The notes: generated from the letters alone by a model not told the origin. Counted from the first letter of the stretch, positions 44,844 through 57,206 are shown. The stretch: DNA of 64,000 nucleotides from Trypanosoma brucei (GCA_000002445.1 CP000068.1:608001-672000), one strand, 5' to 3'. A program made the numbers and translations.

Positions 44844-45288
44844 GCCAATCCTCCACGGTACAACCCCCTGCTTCTTCCCGTCGTAGGACCGCCACCATCA
44901 ATGCCACAACCGCATGACGAAGAGAGAGGGAGATGCAAAGGGGAAGAGGAAAGAAGGAAGAAAAAGAAGTGTGATATGGGAAGATTGGTCTCATGCATAA
45001 TGGATAAGGGGAAAAAAACTCTCAACAGAGGCATCGCAGTAGTTTTTGAAGGACGTAAGTGGTACGATAATTAACTTAACACCACAGCATCTCGTCGGGG
45101 GAAAAAAGTAACGGCACAAGGTAGACGGTGGCCATTTGGGAACATGAATATGTACCGAAATACTGACACGTTCACCCTCCGTTTCCTGGGAGCTGTTTGC
45201 CACCCATTATTACTCTCATCTCTTCCCATACCCCTCCCTCACAACACACACACACACACACACCGTCGAGACCTACATCAGGAAGCAC

Positions 45289-47193
45289 CTACACTACCGG
45301 CACCCCAACCTCGTTCGTTATTTTGCGCAGACTCGCGACAGCCTCAACACATGCCGATAATTCAGGTGGAACTTGTAGCGAGGGGTCGTGGACAAGACGC
45401 AACATGCGATGAACATCTTCCTCACGGAGAACCATATCATTCCCATCATTCACACCACCCTCACCGTGGGACTTCGCAGCACGTAGCCTCCGCAACTCTT
45501 TACTCCACTCACGCATAATGCGTCCATAAAAGTAGTAAATAGCCTCAGACTGGCAGAGGCCTAGACGGAGACAGAGATCAAATATTTCGTAGTCAATGGG
45601 GGGAATCTCTGGGGCACGCGGTGATGTGTTTGGGATGCGAGCGAGGGCACTGGCGCTAATAAGTTGGTTGCACTCTTGCTGGGCACGTTGAAGTGCCGGA
45701 GCATCGTGCTTGCCAAATACACTTGGTGCAAGACGGGTTGATCTCCCCTCAGCCTCATCTGCCAGCATTGGGGACCGCGGGCGGGTGGACGCGAGCGTGC
45801 CCACTTTAACTGGAAGAGGAGGTTTAATAATGGGCGGTGGAGCAACAAAAGGGGCGCTTCCATTTGTACAAACACAGCCCTCTTCTCCCCACACAGCCTC
45901 AGTGCCCTTTTGCTGTAGCGCGTCGCTTCCGTCAGTCGCATCGCCTTTTGGATGCGGGGATATACCACTGAGGCACTTGATATGGCGACGTACATGCCCC
46001 TCCAGTGGTACGACGTAATTTGTGTACAAACGTGCCTTTTCACGCAAATCCTCCTTGAGTTCATCGGAAAGTGTCAACGAAATGGTAACCTCAACGTCAC
46101 ACTCGCCTGTACCGGTTGGATTGCCGTCGGCGGCGCACCCCGTGTTAGAGGCCCAAACCACCCCACCATGGGTGCAACGACATTCCCTTAGGGCGCTTCT
46201 TATACTATCTCGCAACAGGTTCCGCCTTGTCTCCAACACATAACGAACGTTCTCGTTTCCCCTCCCCACGCCCTCGGGTGTCGCTGTATATCTCCTGCTG
46301 TCCTCGATACCTTTGTTTCTTTCTCTACTGCTACCGCAGCCAACCTGTTGGTCTCTTTGCTCACAGTCGGGAAATGGGTCAAGGTAGGAGTGGGACTGAA
46401 CTGCAAACGTGACCGTGGGAGATTCCAACTCACCATCAGGGAAGAAGCGGGAAATATCGTAGCCCTCTAACGAAAGCTGCAGTCGTCTCTGTCGCAGCTC
46501 GCTGAAGGATGGTGTGTCCGCCGCAGGTGGCTCCACAGGGGCGATAAAGGCGATGTCGATAGGCTGGCGAATAGCCCCGCTCCAAAAGCACAGCCCCTGT
46601 GCCGCGGACTCAGGACTCATGACGAACAGCATGCCCGGGATAATGGAAGCGCCAAGAGTTGAGCACTGTGGACCGCTCACAAAATCAGCAGCCGTACCGG
46701 TGGTTGGGTCAGTTACCACTCCAAGTGAGTCTTCCACTTCTTTCCACCCCTTAGTCGCAACCGCGCTCCCACCGTCGACGGCCCCCCCACTGCCGCCAAG
46801 TCCGTGTCGCACACCGACCTCCCCAAGCACGCTTCCACCATTTCCCGGAGGCTCGAGCACACTCATGGAGAGCCCGCGTTGCACTTCCCAGGGAAGCACC
46901 GCTGACCACAGCAACAATCGAACGCGCTTCGTGTAGCTAAGCGACGCGGCCTCTCCTGGTCGACGACAGACTTCCCCACTCATTTTGGGGTCACCTTGAG
47001 TGTAAACACGTGACATCGATTTAACTGAGGGGTGCACCGTGATGCATAGCTCCGCGGGGAAGGCTGGTTTCGCTTGAAGTGACTGGCATTCCGTGTAGTC
47101 CAGCCAGTCCTTCAGCACCCGCCGTAACGCTGTGCCGTCCCTCGAAACAGGAAACGTGACATGACTTCTGGCAATATCAAACACAGATTTCAT
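45289..47193 (-). CDS. hypothetical protein (634 aa), no domain recognised by eye
   Basis: Long ORF on the cluster strand with coding-like composition. The overlapping '+' ORFs are shorter and low in complexity. Confidence 0.5.
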   Translation of the reverse strand: MKSVFDIARSHVTFPVSRDGTALRRVLKDWLDYTECQSLQAKPAFPAELCITVHPSVKSMSRVYTQGDPKMSGEVCRRPGEAASLSYTKRVRLLLWSAVLPWEVQRGLSMSVLEPPGNGGSVLGEVGVRHGLGGSGGAVDGGSAVATKGWKEVEDSLGVVTDPTTGTAADFVSGPQCSTLGASIIPGMLFVMSPESAAQGLCFWSGAIRQPIDIAFIAPVEPPAADTPSFSELRQRRLQLSLEGYDISRFFPDGELESPTVTFAVQSHSYLDPFPDCEQRDQQVGCGSSRERNKGIEDSRRYTATPEGVGRGNENVRYVLETRRNLLRDSIRSALRECRCTHGGVVWASNTGCAADGNPTGTGECDVEVTISLTLSDELKEDLREKARLYTNYVVPLEGHVRRHIKCLSGISPHPKGDATDGSDALQQKGTEAVWGEEGCVCTNGSAPFVAPPPIIKPPLPVKVGTLASTRPRSPMLADEAEGRSTRLAPSVFGKHDAPALQRAQQECNQLISASALARIPNTSPRAPEIPPIDYEIFDLCLRLGLCQSEAIYYFYGRIMREWSKELRRLRAAKSHGEGGVNDGNDMVLREEDVHRMLRLVHDPSLQVPPELSACVEAVASLRKITNEVGVPVV

Positions 47194-48343
47194 TCTGCCA
47201 GTCTGGTAGCCGGTGTTTAATCAACGTCTCTTCTCCCTTGGAAAACCGCATTGCTGTCACTGGAACTCGTGGACTTGCCAGCTAGAAACAAATAAGAGAA
47301 TGCAGAAGACGAAAAAGAGCAAAGGCGAGAAAAGAACGAAAGGAAGGGGAAACCACGAGAAACAACCTGCGCCAGACCGACAGCTTGTGCATAAGGTTGT
47401 GGATGCCTTTCTTTATTTGATTTTGACATACCTCACCCGGCCGCTCCGGCAAAAGCCACGTCCGACACCGAGATGATTCGGAATACTCCGAGGTTTCCAA
47501 CTTTAAACTCTCTATACCATGATCGCTATATCTGTCCTTCGTTCAACAATCCTATTACTTTCTCGTTCATGTTTTCCTCCCTGTCTACCCCTGATCTTTT
47601 TTTTTAAAGGAACAATTTCCCGCATATGATTGTGTAATATATATATATATATATATATGTAAAGCTACATTGAATAAGTTCTCCTTAGCTGAACATTAAA
47701 TGAAGGTGGTCGCTATTTTCCTTGTTTTTCTTCTTTTCCCCAGCCTTCCGGTGCAAAGTGTCACTAACCGGTGGTAGCTGTGGTCCAGCACCGTAACGAA
47801 CGACCACAGAATACAGGAAAAAACAGGGGGATAAATCGCAACGTACGGGCACACATCCTCCGTAAGCCGAATTTCACCACCCACGCATCAACAAATGGTA
47901 CACAACCCAAAACCGCAGTAGAAAAGTTGAAACATAAAAAGGTTGGAAAGCGCTAATTATAGGGCAGGTAAGAAGGGAAGAAAGAAAATCCACGACCCTC
48001 ATCTAGAGGATTTTTCTTCGTCTCCATATGTTCTTTTTCCCTTTCCCTTCGTTTTACCTTACTAACTGCTGGGTGACAACAGGCGGATTCACCACCCTCC
48101 AATCCAGTGCGTGTTGCCAGAGGGGTAGGATATCGTTTCAGGAAAATTTATAGCACACCAACCGCATATTTACGTAATCACAGAAAATGGAAAGAGAAAA
48201 CTTACGCTTCCTAATAACCACTAACGCCACAACGTATTGCAAGTACGGGGAAAAACAAACAAAGTACCAAGTTTTTTTTTTTAACCGCATATCCGACGAT
48301 CGTGCTGAAACGGCGACCACAAAGTGAATAGGTTTATGCACGT

Positions 48344-49819
48344 TTAAAGTTTGGCAACACCGTGACTTCCACTCTCACGCAGACCAGCGCCCGTCATGCG
48401 CACGAAACGCGTCCTCCGCTGCATCTCCTCGATCGACTTGGCACCGCTGTATGACATACCGGAGCGCAAACCACCTACCAGCTGTCGAACGATTGGCCCA
48501 ACGGGCCCTTTGCACGCCACACTCCCCTCCACACCCTCAGGGACCAAAGATGAGAAGACATCTTCATCCTGAGTTCGTTCCCGCTCGGCCTTGCTTAGGT
48601 TGGCACCGAATCCCGCCATCCCCCGAATGATCTTGACCTTCTGCCCATCCTTAACGAGCACACGACCCGGAGCTTCGTCCGTTCCAGCGAGCATATTTCC
48701 CAACATCACAGTGTCAGCACCAGCACCAATCGCCTTGCTGATATCCCCGGACGTCCGCAGTCCACCATCGGCAATACAAGGTACACCCCTGCGACGTGCC
48801 ACCCGCGTGCATGCCAACACAGCGCTTAGTTGAGGCACACCGGCGCCAGCAACGAGGCGGGTAATGCAAATACTCCCAGGACCGACACCAATTTTCAGCC
48901 CATCGGCACCAGCATCAATTAACGCCTCCGCAGCCTCGGCTGACGCGATGTTCCCGGCGATAATATCCACACTAGCGGTGCGCGGGTCCCCCTTAAGGCG
49001 CTTTACCATATTGATACACAGATCGCTGTGTCCGTGTGCAATATCGACCACAAGAACATCGGCACCAGCCTCCACGAGTCTGATGGCGCGGTTCATGTCG
49101 TCTTTCTTCACACCCACGGCAGCCCCGACAAGAAGGCGACCACGGGAGTCAAGCGACGCCTGTTTGTTCTTTCTCAACTTCACAACATCAGAGAGAGTCA
49201 CAAGGTACAGCAACTGACCGTTTTGCCCAACGATAGGAACGTTTGCCGTGCGCCCCTTCCGCATCAAGTGCGTTACCTCCTCCAGCGATATGGATGTATT
49301 CGTCGAAACCACCATTTTGTCTACGGGCGTCATTAGTGATTCCACTGTCGTGCTCTCGTCAGCGAGTTTAAGATCGTGTCTGGTGATTATGCCCAACAGT
49401 TTGCGCTCATTCTTGCAGTTCACAACCAATAGGCAACCCACGCCACCCACGCGCCCCTTCCAGTTCAACCCCTCCCATGCCTCACGAGCCGTTTCGTGAG
49501 GCAAAATTATGCGGGGGCTCTCAATAAGGAAGGACTGTGCGCGCTTCACCTCCCGCAGCATCGCGCACTGCTCCTCAATGCTGCAAAAGCGATGTAAAAT
49601 ACCAATACCCCCCTCACGAGCCATGGCGACCGCCATCCGCTGTTCACACACCGTGTCCATGTTACTGGCAACGATAGGAATGCTGAGTTTTACATTACGC
49701 GAGAGTCGAGTGGTGGTATTCACCTCCTTGCGGGAGGTCACCCGGCTGTGCTGCGGGATTATGAGGACATCATCGTACGTGAGACCTGTGGGAATGGATG
49801 CCGATTCATTGAAGGACAT
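48344..49819 (-). CDS. GMPR: GMP reductase / IMP dehydrogenase family enzyme with a CBS-pair insertion and a C-terminal PTS1 (AKL); probable glycosomal GMP reductase
   Basis: 491 aa. It has the TIM-barrel IMPDH/GMPR signatures [32 protein letters not shown] and the catalytic-loop region [11 protein letters not shown]. The CBS pair is marked by [11 protein letters not shown]...[11 protein letters not shown]. The protein ends in -AKL. Confidence 0.88.
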   Translation of the reverse strand: MSFNESASIPTGLTYDDVLIIPQHSRVTSRKEVNTTTRLSRNVKLSIPIVASNMDTVCEQRMAVAMAREGGIGILHRFCSIEEQCAMLREVKRAQSFLIESPRIILPHETAREAWEGLNWKGRVGGVGCLLVVNCKNERKLLGIITRHDLKLADESTTVESLMTPVDKMVVSTNTSISLEEVTHLMRKGRTANVPIVGQNGQLLYLVTLSDVVKLRKNKQASLDSRGRLLVGAAVGVKKDDMNRAIRLVEAGADVLVVDIAHGHSDLCINMVKRLKGDPRTASVDIIAGNIASAEAAEALIDAGADGLKIGVGPGSICITRLVAGAGVPQLSAVLACTRVARRRGVPCIADGGLRTSGDISKAIGAGADTVMLGNMLAGTDEAPGRVLVKDGQKVKIIRGMAGFGANLSKAERERTQDEDVFSSLVPEGVEGSVACKGPVGPIVRQLVGGLRSGMSYSGAKSIEEMQRRTRFVRMTGAGLRESGSHGVAKL

Positions 49820-51614
49820 TTAAGCGATATGCAGTTAACGTATGTATATATACGTATTAATAGACCGATCTTCGACAAAGTTTGCGATAAATCCTTTTTT
49901 AAAAAACTTAAACAAGGGGGAAAATACAAATTGAATAAAAAGGGAAAGTTTCGAAAGTGCTACACACGGGATATGCGCTCAAGTAGTATAGTGCAGACAA
50001 GTGAGGGCATTGTGTGCGTAGCAAAATGACGCAGAAGGGCGAATAAGAGAAAAACACCTACAGCAGTTTGTGGTGTTGCTCCGCGCTAGGAAAACAAGAG
50101 AGAAAAAAGCGAATGATTCCTCGTGTACAGCCCAGCAGTAACGCTCACAAGTGTGTGTGTGGGAACCGGCTGGCGCATGCCCGCGCAACTTTCTCTTGAC
50201 AAGGCGCTATAAGGTGCAATTTGGTACACGTATAGGGCAGCAAAAGGGGGGAAATAAAAAAACAGTTAGTGCAACATAAGCAACAACGGAATCAAATCGA
50301 AACAAACAGAAAAAAGAAAAATGTGGTGGAGGGAACGGCGGAAATGGTGCAGGGGCAAAAGTTGACGCCCAACACTAGGAAGCAATAAAAGAAGGAAGCA
50401 AATGCGTGACGGCTCCCCCCCCCCTCCTCCTCCTCCAAATAGGCAAAAAATACACACAGACGGAAACCGTCTAATGCACATAAATGAGCAACGAACCCAA
50501 ATACGCCTGTGACAAGTGTGGCGTGACCCCCGTCGCGTTCCCTTCGATCCCTCACCTCCCCGTTCCCACAGACGGACTGAGAAAACGTTGAAAGGAGCAA
50601 ATTAATAGTAACTAAAGGGAATAAGTGTTGATCGTGGGACCAAGGAGAAACCATATATATGTTGCACAATCGGTTAGAGGGAAAAAAAGGAACCCTCCTT
50701 TGCAGCTGTGTGTTTGTGGAGGCGGAGGGGGGGACTCATGTCGCGAATCGAAAGAATGAGGATAGGGCCAAGGTAACAGCAAAAAAATGTTCATAACAAC
50801 AACCACAAAAACAAAAGCAGCATCGCAATAATTGTGTTCCCCCGTCATCCTGTGCTGCCGCTTCCTACTTCCCCAGTTCCTCCAGTGCAAAGATAAGCAC
50901 AACAGTACACGCTCATCTGTCCACTTTTTCGCTCCACTTCGCTCGCCATTCCTCATTTTTATTTTTATTATTTACCGTGCTGAGTGCTGGACGGTGGTGT
51001 TCTTGCGTTCGCCACACAGACAAAAAAGGAAAATATGTAGGGATAGGGGTATATTGATAACAGAAATATGTTGTGGGGGCGAAATAAAAAATGTGCAACC
51101 CTTAGCCTCCCTTACACACACATATATATATATATATATCCTTCACTTGTACATGCACATCCAAGCGCAGACACACACACACACAGTTATTTTGCTTTCC
51201 TTCCCTTTGCGTTTACATATTTGATATCGTCTTATATCTATCTGCCACCACCATCCCCGCTTGCTTGCGCAGTTTCCAACAGAAGAGAATGGAGCATAAC
51301 CCCAATTTCCACGTATCAACGAAAAAAGTCAATGAAAACGAAGGTAAACAAACGCAAAAAAAAAAAAAAGAACGGCACAATGGGGAATTGGTAGGAAGCG
51401 CTGCTAATATATAAACGACTCCACAAGTCGTGGTGTAGAGCCAAAAGGCAGAGAAGGAAAAGGAGAATAAGCGGGGGGAAAGAAAGTAAAACATATATAC
51501 ATGCGCGGCTGCAATACGTGTATGCCACATTCTTGAAAAATGCCGCAGCATTGTGTACACTCTTAGTCAACCACCTCGGTCAGGCTCAACCACGCGGACC
51601 ACTGTCCCCCTCCC

Positions 51615-54600
51615 TTAGAAATCAGCTCTTCGGACGTTCTCCACTTCACCAAGAGCAAATAGATCCTTCTTGCGCCGCCGCTCCTCCTTTGCGCGTTCGA
51701 GCGCATTTTGTATTTGTTCCTTCTTCTCATACACTTGCGCCTCTTCCGCCGTCTGTCCCATTCGCCGCAGCAACCGCATGTGGTCCACCTTGTGCTCTTC
51801 AACGGCATTGCGCAGTTCTTCACATTCACAAACTTTTCGGTCGTAGTCTTCTTTGCATTTGTCCACCTCCATTTCCATTTTCTTGATCTTCTTCTTTAGC
51901 TTCTTCATTTTCGCCTCGATCTGCTCGGTCTCATCGCGGTGATTTTGTGTGGATTCCTGTAGGCGTTGGTTAAGCACGCGTTGGAAGTTCTCATCCCGTT
52001 CCTGGATCTTTTGGCGGTACTGCATCTCTTTCTCCTGCCATTCTGCCATTCCGTCGCGTAGTTTCTGCTGCAACGCCTCTGATTTTTGATTGCTTCGCAC
52101 AATTAGTGCTTTCTGCTTCTCAAGAAGCCCTCGCATTTGCTCAACTTGCTCCCCTCGCTCCTTTAACCGAGAGGTGAGATTAGCAATTTCGTCTGCGCCC
52201 CCTTGCGAATTCTCCAACCGTCGCTCGTACTCACTCATTGTTTCGCGCATCTTACCTTGAAGTTCAACATACCGCTTCTCCGCCTCAGCCGCCTCTGCAC
52301 GCAGCGCCTTGACTTCCTCTTGCAGGGATACTCTTGCCTGCGCGAGTGCCGCATTTCGCTCCCGCTCTTCCTCTAACTCAACGCGAATGTCGTCAGCGTC
52401 TGCAAGCAATGAGGAGCCACGCTTCAGACCAGTGGCTGCGGTATCACCGGCGTTCTTCGAGTGTTTGTCCCGCCTTGTTGGTGAATTCGCGGTCTTGGCG
52501 ACCTCGTTACGCAGCTCTGCCGTCGCCTGTAGACGAAGGTTTTCTACCTCAGCGGTGAGTTGTGAGGACCTCTGGCGTAACTCGTTATTCTCTTGCACTA
52601 CCCTGCGAAGCTCCTCTCTTAGATCTACTGGGGCTTCGGAGGATTCAGTAAGCGCTTCGAGAATACGATTACGTTGACCGTGGGCCTTGTTTACGTTATC
52701 GTGTAAACTTGATAGAGCATTAGCGTACACCTGAGCCTCTGATGCATCCACAGCCTTCAGCTTCTTCAATGCCTTTTGTGAGGCAGCTGCGTCTCCGTTC
52801 AGGGCTACCATTGGCACAATTTGGGCTTCACGCACGACAGCAACCAAATCCGTTGTGATATTCTGCATGGTCTTCATGTGTTCCACTGCAATATTATACG
52901 TTTTGTCATCCTCCTTAAGAATGTTTCTGAGTTGTTTCACAACAGCTGAGTCACTCTCGCCAGGAGTGCTTAGTATCTCTCGCGCCTGCTTCATCTGCTC
53001 CAAGTATGCGCGAGTTGTCTCATCCTGAGTTTTCTGAATCTCTTGCAGCTTGGCCTCCACATTCGCCATAGCACCTCTACCTTCCAATTCTTTCTGGGCG
53101 CTCTCCAGAGCAATCCGCAGCTTCGCCACCTCCTTCTCGCTGGCCGCCGATCCCCCGTCCTCTGAGTTTGATGAAACCGCCGCGGAACTTGCTGCATTCT
53201 TTAGTGCTTCCTTTGCCTCGCTTAACTTCTTCTCGTACTTCTTAAGCTTGCTCTCTGCTGACTTCAGAGCAGCTTTACTCTCCTGCATCTTCTCACTCAT
53301 TTCCTTTTTCATTGCTTCACGTTCCTGTAGAGACTGCTTCAGCTCCATCTGGACCTTTTGAAGCTCATTCTGCACCCCTACCATCTCCGAGCTGTGTCTT
53401 TCATGCGCCCTCCCACGCAATACAGCCTCGAGCTCTGTGGCATTGTTAATCTTTTCCTCCCCACCCTCCGTGCGCAGGTAGTGGGAGCAGAGACGGAGTA
53501 TCTCTTCCCTCTGCAGCCGCTCCGCGTTGATATTCGATTCCGCGAGTTGCTGATCACTCTGCAGCGTGGCAATCCGCTCCTCCAGTTCTGCAATCGTTGC
53601 AGTGAGGTTTTGTCGCTCCTGTTCCATCATCGCTTTGATGTTCTCAAAGTCCGCGCGATCAGCCTCGCGTGCCTTTACAGCATTGTCGAGACTCACCTGC
53701 ATCTCCCCCATCTTTTCCGTCAGATCATCTACATCTTGCTCCAGCGCCCCAGTCCCTCCTGCGTCGTACTTCTTCAACTTCTCCCGCAGTTCGTGCACTA
53801 ATTCCGTCAACTCAACAATCTTCTGATCTTTGGTATCCAAGTTCACAACAGGCTTGTTTTTGATTTGCTTTGCACGATCCGCGAAACGCAGGGTGCTTAT
53901 TGTCTCAGACACGTTGTGTTCGCTGGGGTTAATGTTCGCAAACATCACCGTCTTGCTGGAACCACCGAGGGAATCCTTCAATATCATCGTGAGAGGACTG
54001 CTACGGAACGGCACGTGCCCTTTACCCTTAACAATTGTGTCGATTACGGTGCCGAGTGCACTAAGTGAGAGGTTGATATTACATCCTTCCTTCAGCGTAT
54101 CGCCTAGTGCACCCGTTTTGCTCTGACGCTCGGAACCAGCAAGGTCGACAAGGTTAAGCTTGCTTGTTACCGAACGGGAATCACCGTCTTCAGACACTTC
54201 CGTGCACTCAATAATGAGAGTGAAAACGGAGTGTGAACGAGAGCTGTCAGCATTAAGTTCCGTTGCGGCGACACGGCGGCGCTCCGTTCCCTCCTCCATT
54301 TGGTGGAAAATATCGTCAATACACTTTACCTGGGGGATATGTGCCCCCTGCACGAAGAATGACTTGTCTTTATTCTCTTTCAGGGCCAATGGCACTTGCT
54401 GGCGCGCAAGTAAGTCGTGGACCTTGCCGTTGTATAACTCAATGAATGAAACGTAGAGGGAAAACTGTTTATTCGGCTCCGTTGCCTTCATCGAGCTTAT
54501 GCGGTCGAACACGTGCTCGAAGCTGCGCGGTGTTAGACCCTTCAGATCTTCATCTCCCAGTTTCCCAGTCATCGTGTGCGTCTTACCGGACCCTGACTGC

Positions 54601-54881
54601 CCGTAAGCGAAGACGGTGGCGTTGAAGCCATCCAGAACGGAGTCCACAAGGGGCATGATAAACTGCTGAAAGACATCCTTTTGGGTAAAGGTGTTGTTGA
54701 TGACGGCGTCAAACGTCCAACGGTCGGGCTCCCCAACAACGCTCTGCACGGTGACGGTATTTTCTGTGAGGTCCAAGTCTACTGATGTTTTGTACCCCTG
54801 ACTCTTTTCCTTGTCATTGAGTGGACGGCAACGGACCAACACTTTTATATTCTCCGCTGCGCTGTTGGTTTTCTTCCCCAT
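51615..54881 (-). CDS. kinesin motor protein with an N-terminal motor, kinesin-2-like (KIN2A-like), and a ~700 aa coiled-coil tail
   Basis: 1088 aa. Motor signatures: KVLVRCRPLNDKE, P-loop FAYGQSGSGKTHTM, switch I NADSSRSHSVF, switch II LVDLAGSERQ, and neck KNKPVVNLDTKDQ. The rest is heptad-rich E/K/L/Q sequence. Confidence 0.9.
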   Translation of the reverse strand: MGKKTNSAAENIKVLVRCRPLNDKEKSQGYKTSVDLDLTENTVTVQSVVGEPDRWTFDAVINNTFTQKDVFQQFIMPLVDSVLDGFNATVFAYGQSGSGKTHTMTGKLGDEDLKGLTPRSFEHVFDRISSMKATEPNKQFSLYVSFIELYNGKVHDLLARQQVPLALKENKDKSFFVQGAHIPQVKCIDDIFHQMEEGTERRRVAATELNADSSRSHSVFTLIIECTEVSEDGDSRSVTSKLNLVDLAGSERQSKTGALGDTLKEGCNINLSLSALGTVIDTIVKGKGHVPFRSSPLTMILKDSLGGSSKTVMFANINPSEHNVSETISTLRFADRAKQIKNKPVVNLDTKDQKIVELTELVHELREKLKKYDAGGTGALEQDVDDLTEKMGEMQVSLDNAVKAREADRADFENIKAMMEQERQNLTATIAELEERIATLQSDQQLAESNINAERLQREEILRLCSHYLRTEGGEEKINNATELEAVLRGRAHERHSSEMVGVQNELQKVQMELKQSLQEREAMKKEMSEKMQESKAALKSAESKLKKYEKKLSEAKEALKNAASSAAVSSNSEDGGSAASEKEVAKLRIALESAQKELEGRGAMANVEAKLQEIQKTQDETTRAYLEQMKQAREILSTPGESDSAVVKQLRNILKEDDKTYNIAVEHMKTMQNITTDLVAVVREAQIVPMVALNGDAAASQKALKKLKAVDASEAQVYANALSSLHDNVNKAHGQRNRILEALTESSEAPVDLREELRRVVQENNELRQRSSQLTAEVENLRLQATAELRNEVAKTANSPTRRDKHSKNAGDTAATGLKRGSSLLADADDIRVELEEERERNAALAQARVSLQEEVKALRAEAAEAEKRYVELQGKMRETMSEYERRLENSQGGADEIANLTSRLKERGEQVEQMRGLLEKQKALIVRSNQKSEALQQKLRDGMAEWQEKEMQYRQKIQERDENFQRVLNQRLQESTQNHRDETEQIEAKMKKLKKKIKKMEMEVDKCKEDYDRKVCECEELRNAVEEHKVDHMRLLRRMGQTAEEAQVYEKKEQIQNALERAKEERRRKKDLFALGEVENVRRADF

Positions 54882-55433
54882 GATTATCGTCCGTAAACTA
54901 TTTCGTGGGTACCAACAGCTCAGTAGTCGCGTAATAAGAGCAAAACGTATACGAATTTACCTCTGCGCAGACAATATATATGTACTTCCCTACACACAGA
55001 AAATATGTCACTACTTTTTCCCGTATGTGAAACTACACGCTTCGTGACCTAATATATTTCGTGATTTTGCCTTACTTGTTGAAAAGCCTCTTGAGCCTCC
55101 ACTAACTCTAGAAAGGACAAAAGTGCACGTGTGCACGGTAAGTTTGTGGGTGAGAGCAAAAAATAGCGAGGCGAAGTAACACACCATGAAACGAAGATGC
55201 TAAACCACCTTGCATTAGTAACAGGAACCGAACTGTCGAATCACGTCGAACAATGCATACCGCATGCGGTCACGTTATTCGAAAGCGATTGCAAACGGAC
55301 GCCACAAGGGAAAAGGGTGAGAAATAATTGCGCTTGCCCATAAGGATGGCTAAGTTAAGGGAAGTGCCCCAGCGCTGCTTTAATAAAAATGAAAGATAGA
55401 AACAAATGCGGTAGCTTAAAAGCCACACCGTGT

Positions 55434-56831
55434 TCATTTCTTTTCTGATTCCCTCTCCAACTCCTGCACCGCAGTGAGAATGTCAACGGAGACCGAGGGC
55501 ACGACGGAAAGTACGCAATCACCCTGAAGCTGATACCCATCGAGTTCTAACACTGCTCTCACTGCATGCTCCACGGCGAGAAACGTTACCTCAAAGGTCC
55601 GCTCCCGCTTTCCCAACACACTTGTACAAGATGTGGAGGACTCCTGCTTGCTAGTCTGCTCCTTGTCCCCCTCCTCCTCCTCGTGCTGTTGCGACCTATA
55701 ACGAGCACCTCGAAGACTGGTCTCGCCACTCGCCACTGAAGTCGGTCTTAAAACGCATGAAAGTACGGGACCTACGCGAGAGAACATGTCGCGAACCTCC
55801 GAGGCACCGACGTTCACTGGGATCCCGCGAACAACCACTTTTTGACTACCGATGCGTGTCACACCCGCATTATCCTTAAAAGGAAACGCCCCCGTGTTCC
55901 GTAACAGGGCAGAAAGAGACTTCGCCGACACCGGGCTACCAGCCGATTCGTTACCGTTCACACCAGCATCTTTCACCGCCTTAGAAGCTGCACGGGAAAC
56001 AGCCGCCGACGCCACATCAACTTTCGCTGACTTAAGATGGGGTTGAACAACGTTTGTAACCAGTTTCTCTGCCGTCAGCTGTTCCATGCGCGCCTGCAGA
56101 GCCTCCAGACGGGTGCTTAGTACTGAGACTCGCCTCCCGATATCCGAAATAACGGTTGATGGCGGATGCGAAGGACTCGACGAGGATATGGTTACATGCA
56201 GCGGAGTCAACGACCCCGCATGCACATCAGAAGCGACGCTGGGCGCCCCCGGTTGTCTCTCCCCCACGCTTAAATTTACCCCTCCGCTCTCCGTTGTATG
56301 GTCCTCATCGGCGCTTAAAGAGTTGGAAGATCCGTTGCCGTTTTCAGATATCGACGGCGAAAGGGCTTTCAGTACAAGTTTTTCCATTTGGCGGACCAGC
56401 GCGTCCACGTTGTGGTGTTGAAGAGACACATCCGATGCTATCCGTGTTGATTCCGCTATTTGTTGTTGCGTCCGCGCTGCCTCCTCCTCCAACGCCACAA
56501 TACGGCGTTCCAGCACTGCCTGCTGCCGTTGCATAAGTGAAACCTGTGCCACTTGCTGCTGGATTGTACCTTCGATTACGGCGCTCTTCCCTGTTACTCT
56601 TTCTAACTGGTCGTTCAAGCGCGCGAGAAGCTCACCGAGTTCACCCCCATGTGGCGGCTGTTGGCTTCGTTGCTCTTGCGGGGCAGCCGACGAAGCAAGA
56701 GGCGTCGGGGGTGATGGTGTAGAAGTTGTGCTGAGATGAAGCAACCTCGTGCAGTACATCGGTGCCCTTGCCGCGGGTGTAACCAGAAAGAGACGGCGGC
56801 CCGTCCGTGAGAAAAGACAAACAAAACGCAT
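55434..56831 (-). CDS. hypothetical RNA-binding protein with a central coiled-coil, a C-terminal RRM-like domain and a possible N-terminal organellar presequence
   Basis: 465 aa. The C-terminus KVVVRGIPVNVGASEVRDMFSRVGPV ... RTFEVTFLAVEHAVRAVLELDGYQLQGDCVLSV has RNP-type beta-alpha-beta spacing. The N-terminus MRFVCLFSRTGRRLFLVTPAARAP is Arg/hydrophobic-rich. A second ATG (MYCTRLL) lies 24 codons in. Confidence 0.55.
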   Translation of the reverse strand: MRFVCLFSRTGRRLFLVTPAARAPMYCTRLLHLSTTSTPSPPTPLASSAAPQEQRSQQPPHGGELGELLARLNDQLERVTGKSAVIEGTIQQQVAQVSLMQRQQAVLERRIVALEEEAARTQQQIAESTRIASDVSLQHHNVDALVRQMEKLVLKALSPSISENGNGSSNSLSADEDHTTESGGVNLSVGERQPGAPSVASDVHAGSLTPLHVTISSSSPSHPPSTVISDIGRRVSVLSTRLEALQARMEQLTAEKLVTNVVQPHLKSAKVDVASAAVSRAASKAVKDAGVNGNESAGSPVSAKSLSALLRNTGAFPFKDNAGVTRIGSQKVVVRGIPVNVGASEVRDMFSRVGPVLSCVLRPTSVASGETSLRGARYRSQQHEEEEGDKEQTSKQESSTSCTSVLGKRERTFEVTFLAVEHAVRAVLELDGYQLQGDCVLSVVPSVSVDILTAVQELERESEKK

Positions 56832-57206
56832 GTGTATAAATATATGCTTTGTGAGGGTAGCCTCTTTACAGCAAAAACCCTTATGTAGAACCTTGTCTTA
56901 CTTCTCCGCTAAGACACACCACCCCCTCTGTCCTGCAGCGCCGTGCATTCAATAAAGGGGCGCACGCATCAAGTATATGAAGGATAAAGCGCGGAGTCAC
57001 GAAAGACACACACAATCAGGACCTGAATCATCCATGGTGTGAGGAAGCACAGGTTTTCTTTAAGCAGGTGAATTACCCCTCTGTTACTTGTGGTTCGGGT
57101 TGCTTCGCAACATTCAACAACCTTTAGCATTTGCTTTCACAACAATCCTCAGTAATTACGCAGCGAAACTAGCCCTGCTGCTGACAAAACGAACAAAGTC
57201 ATGACC

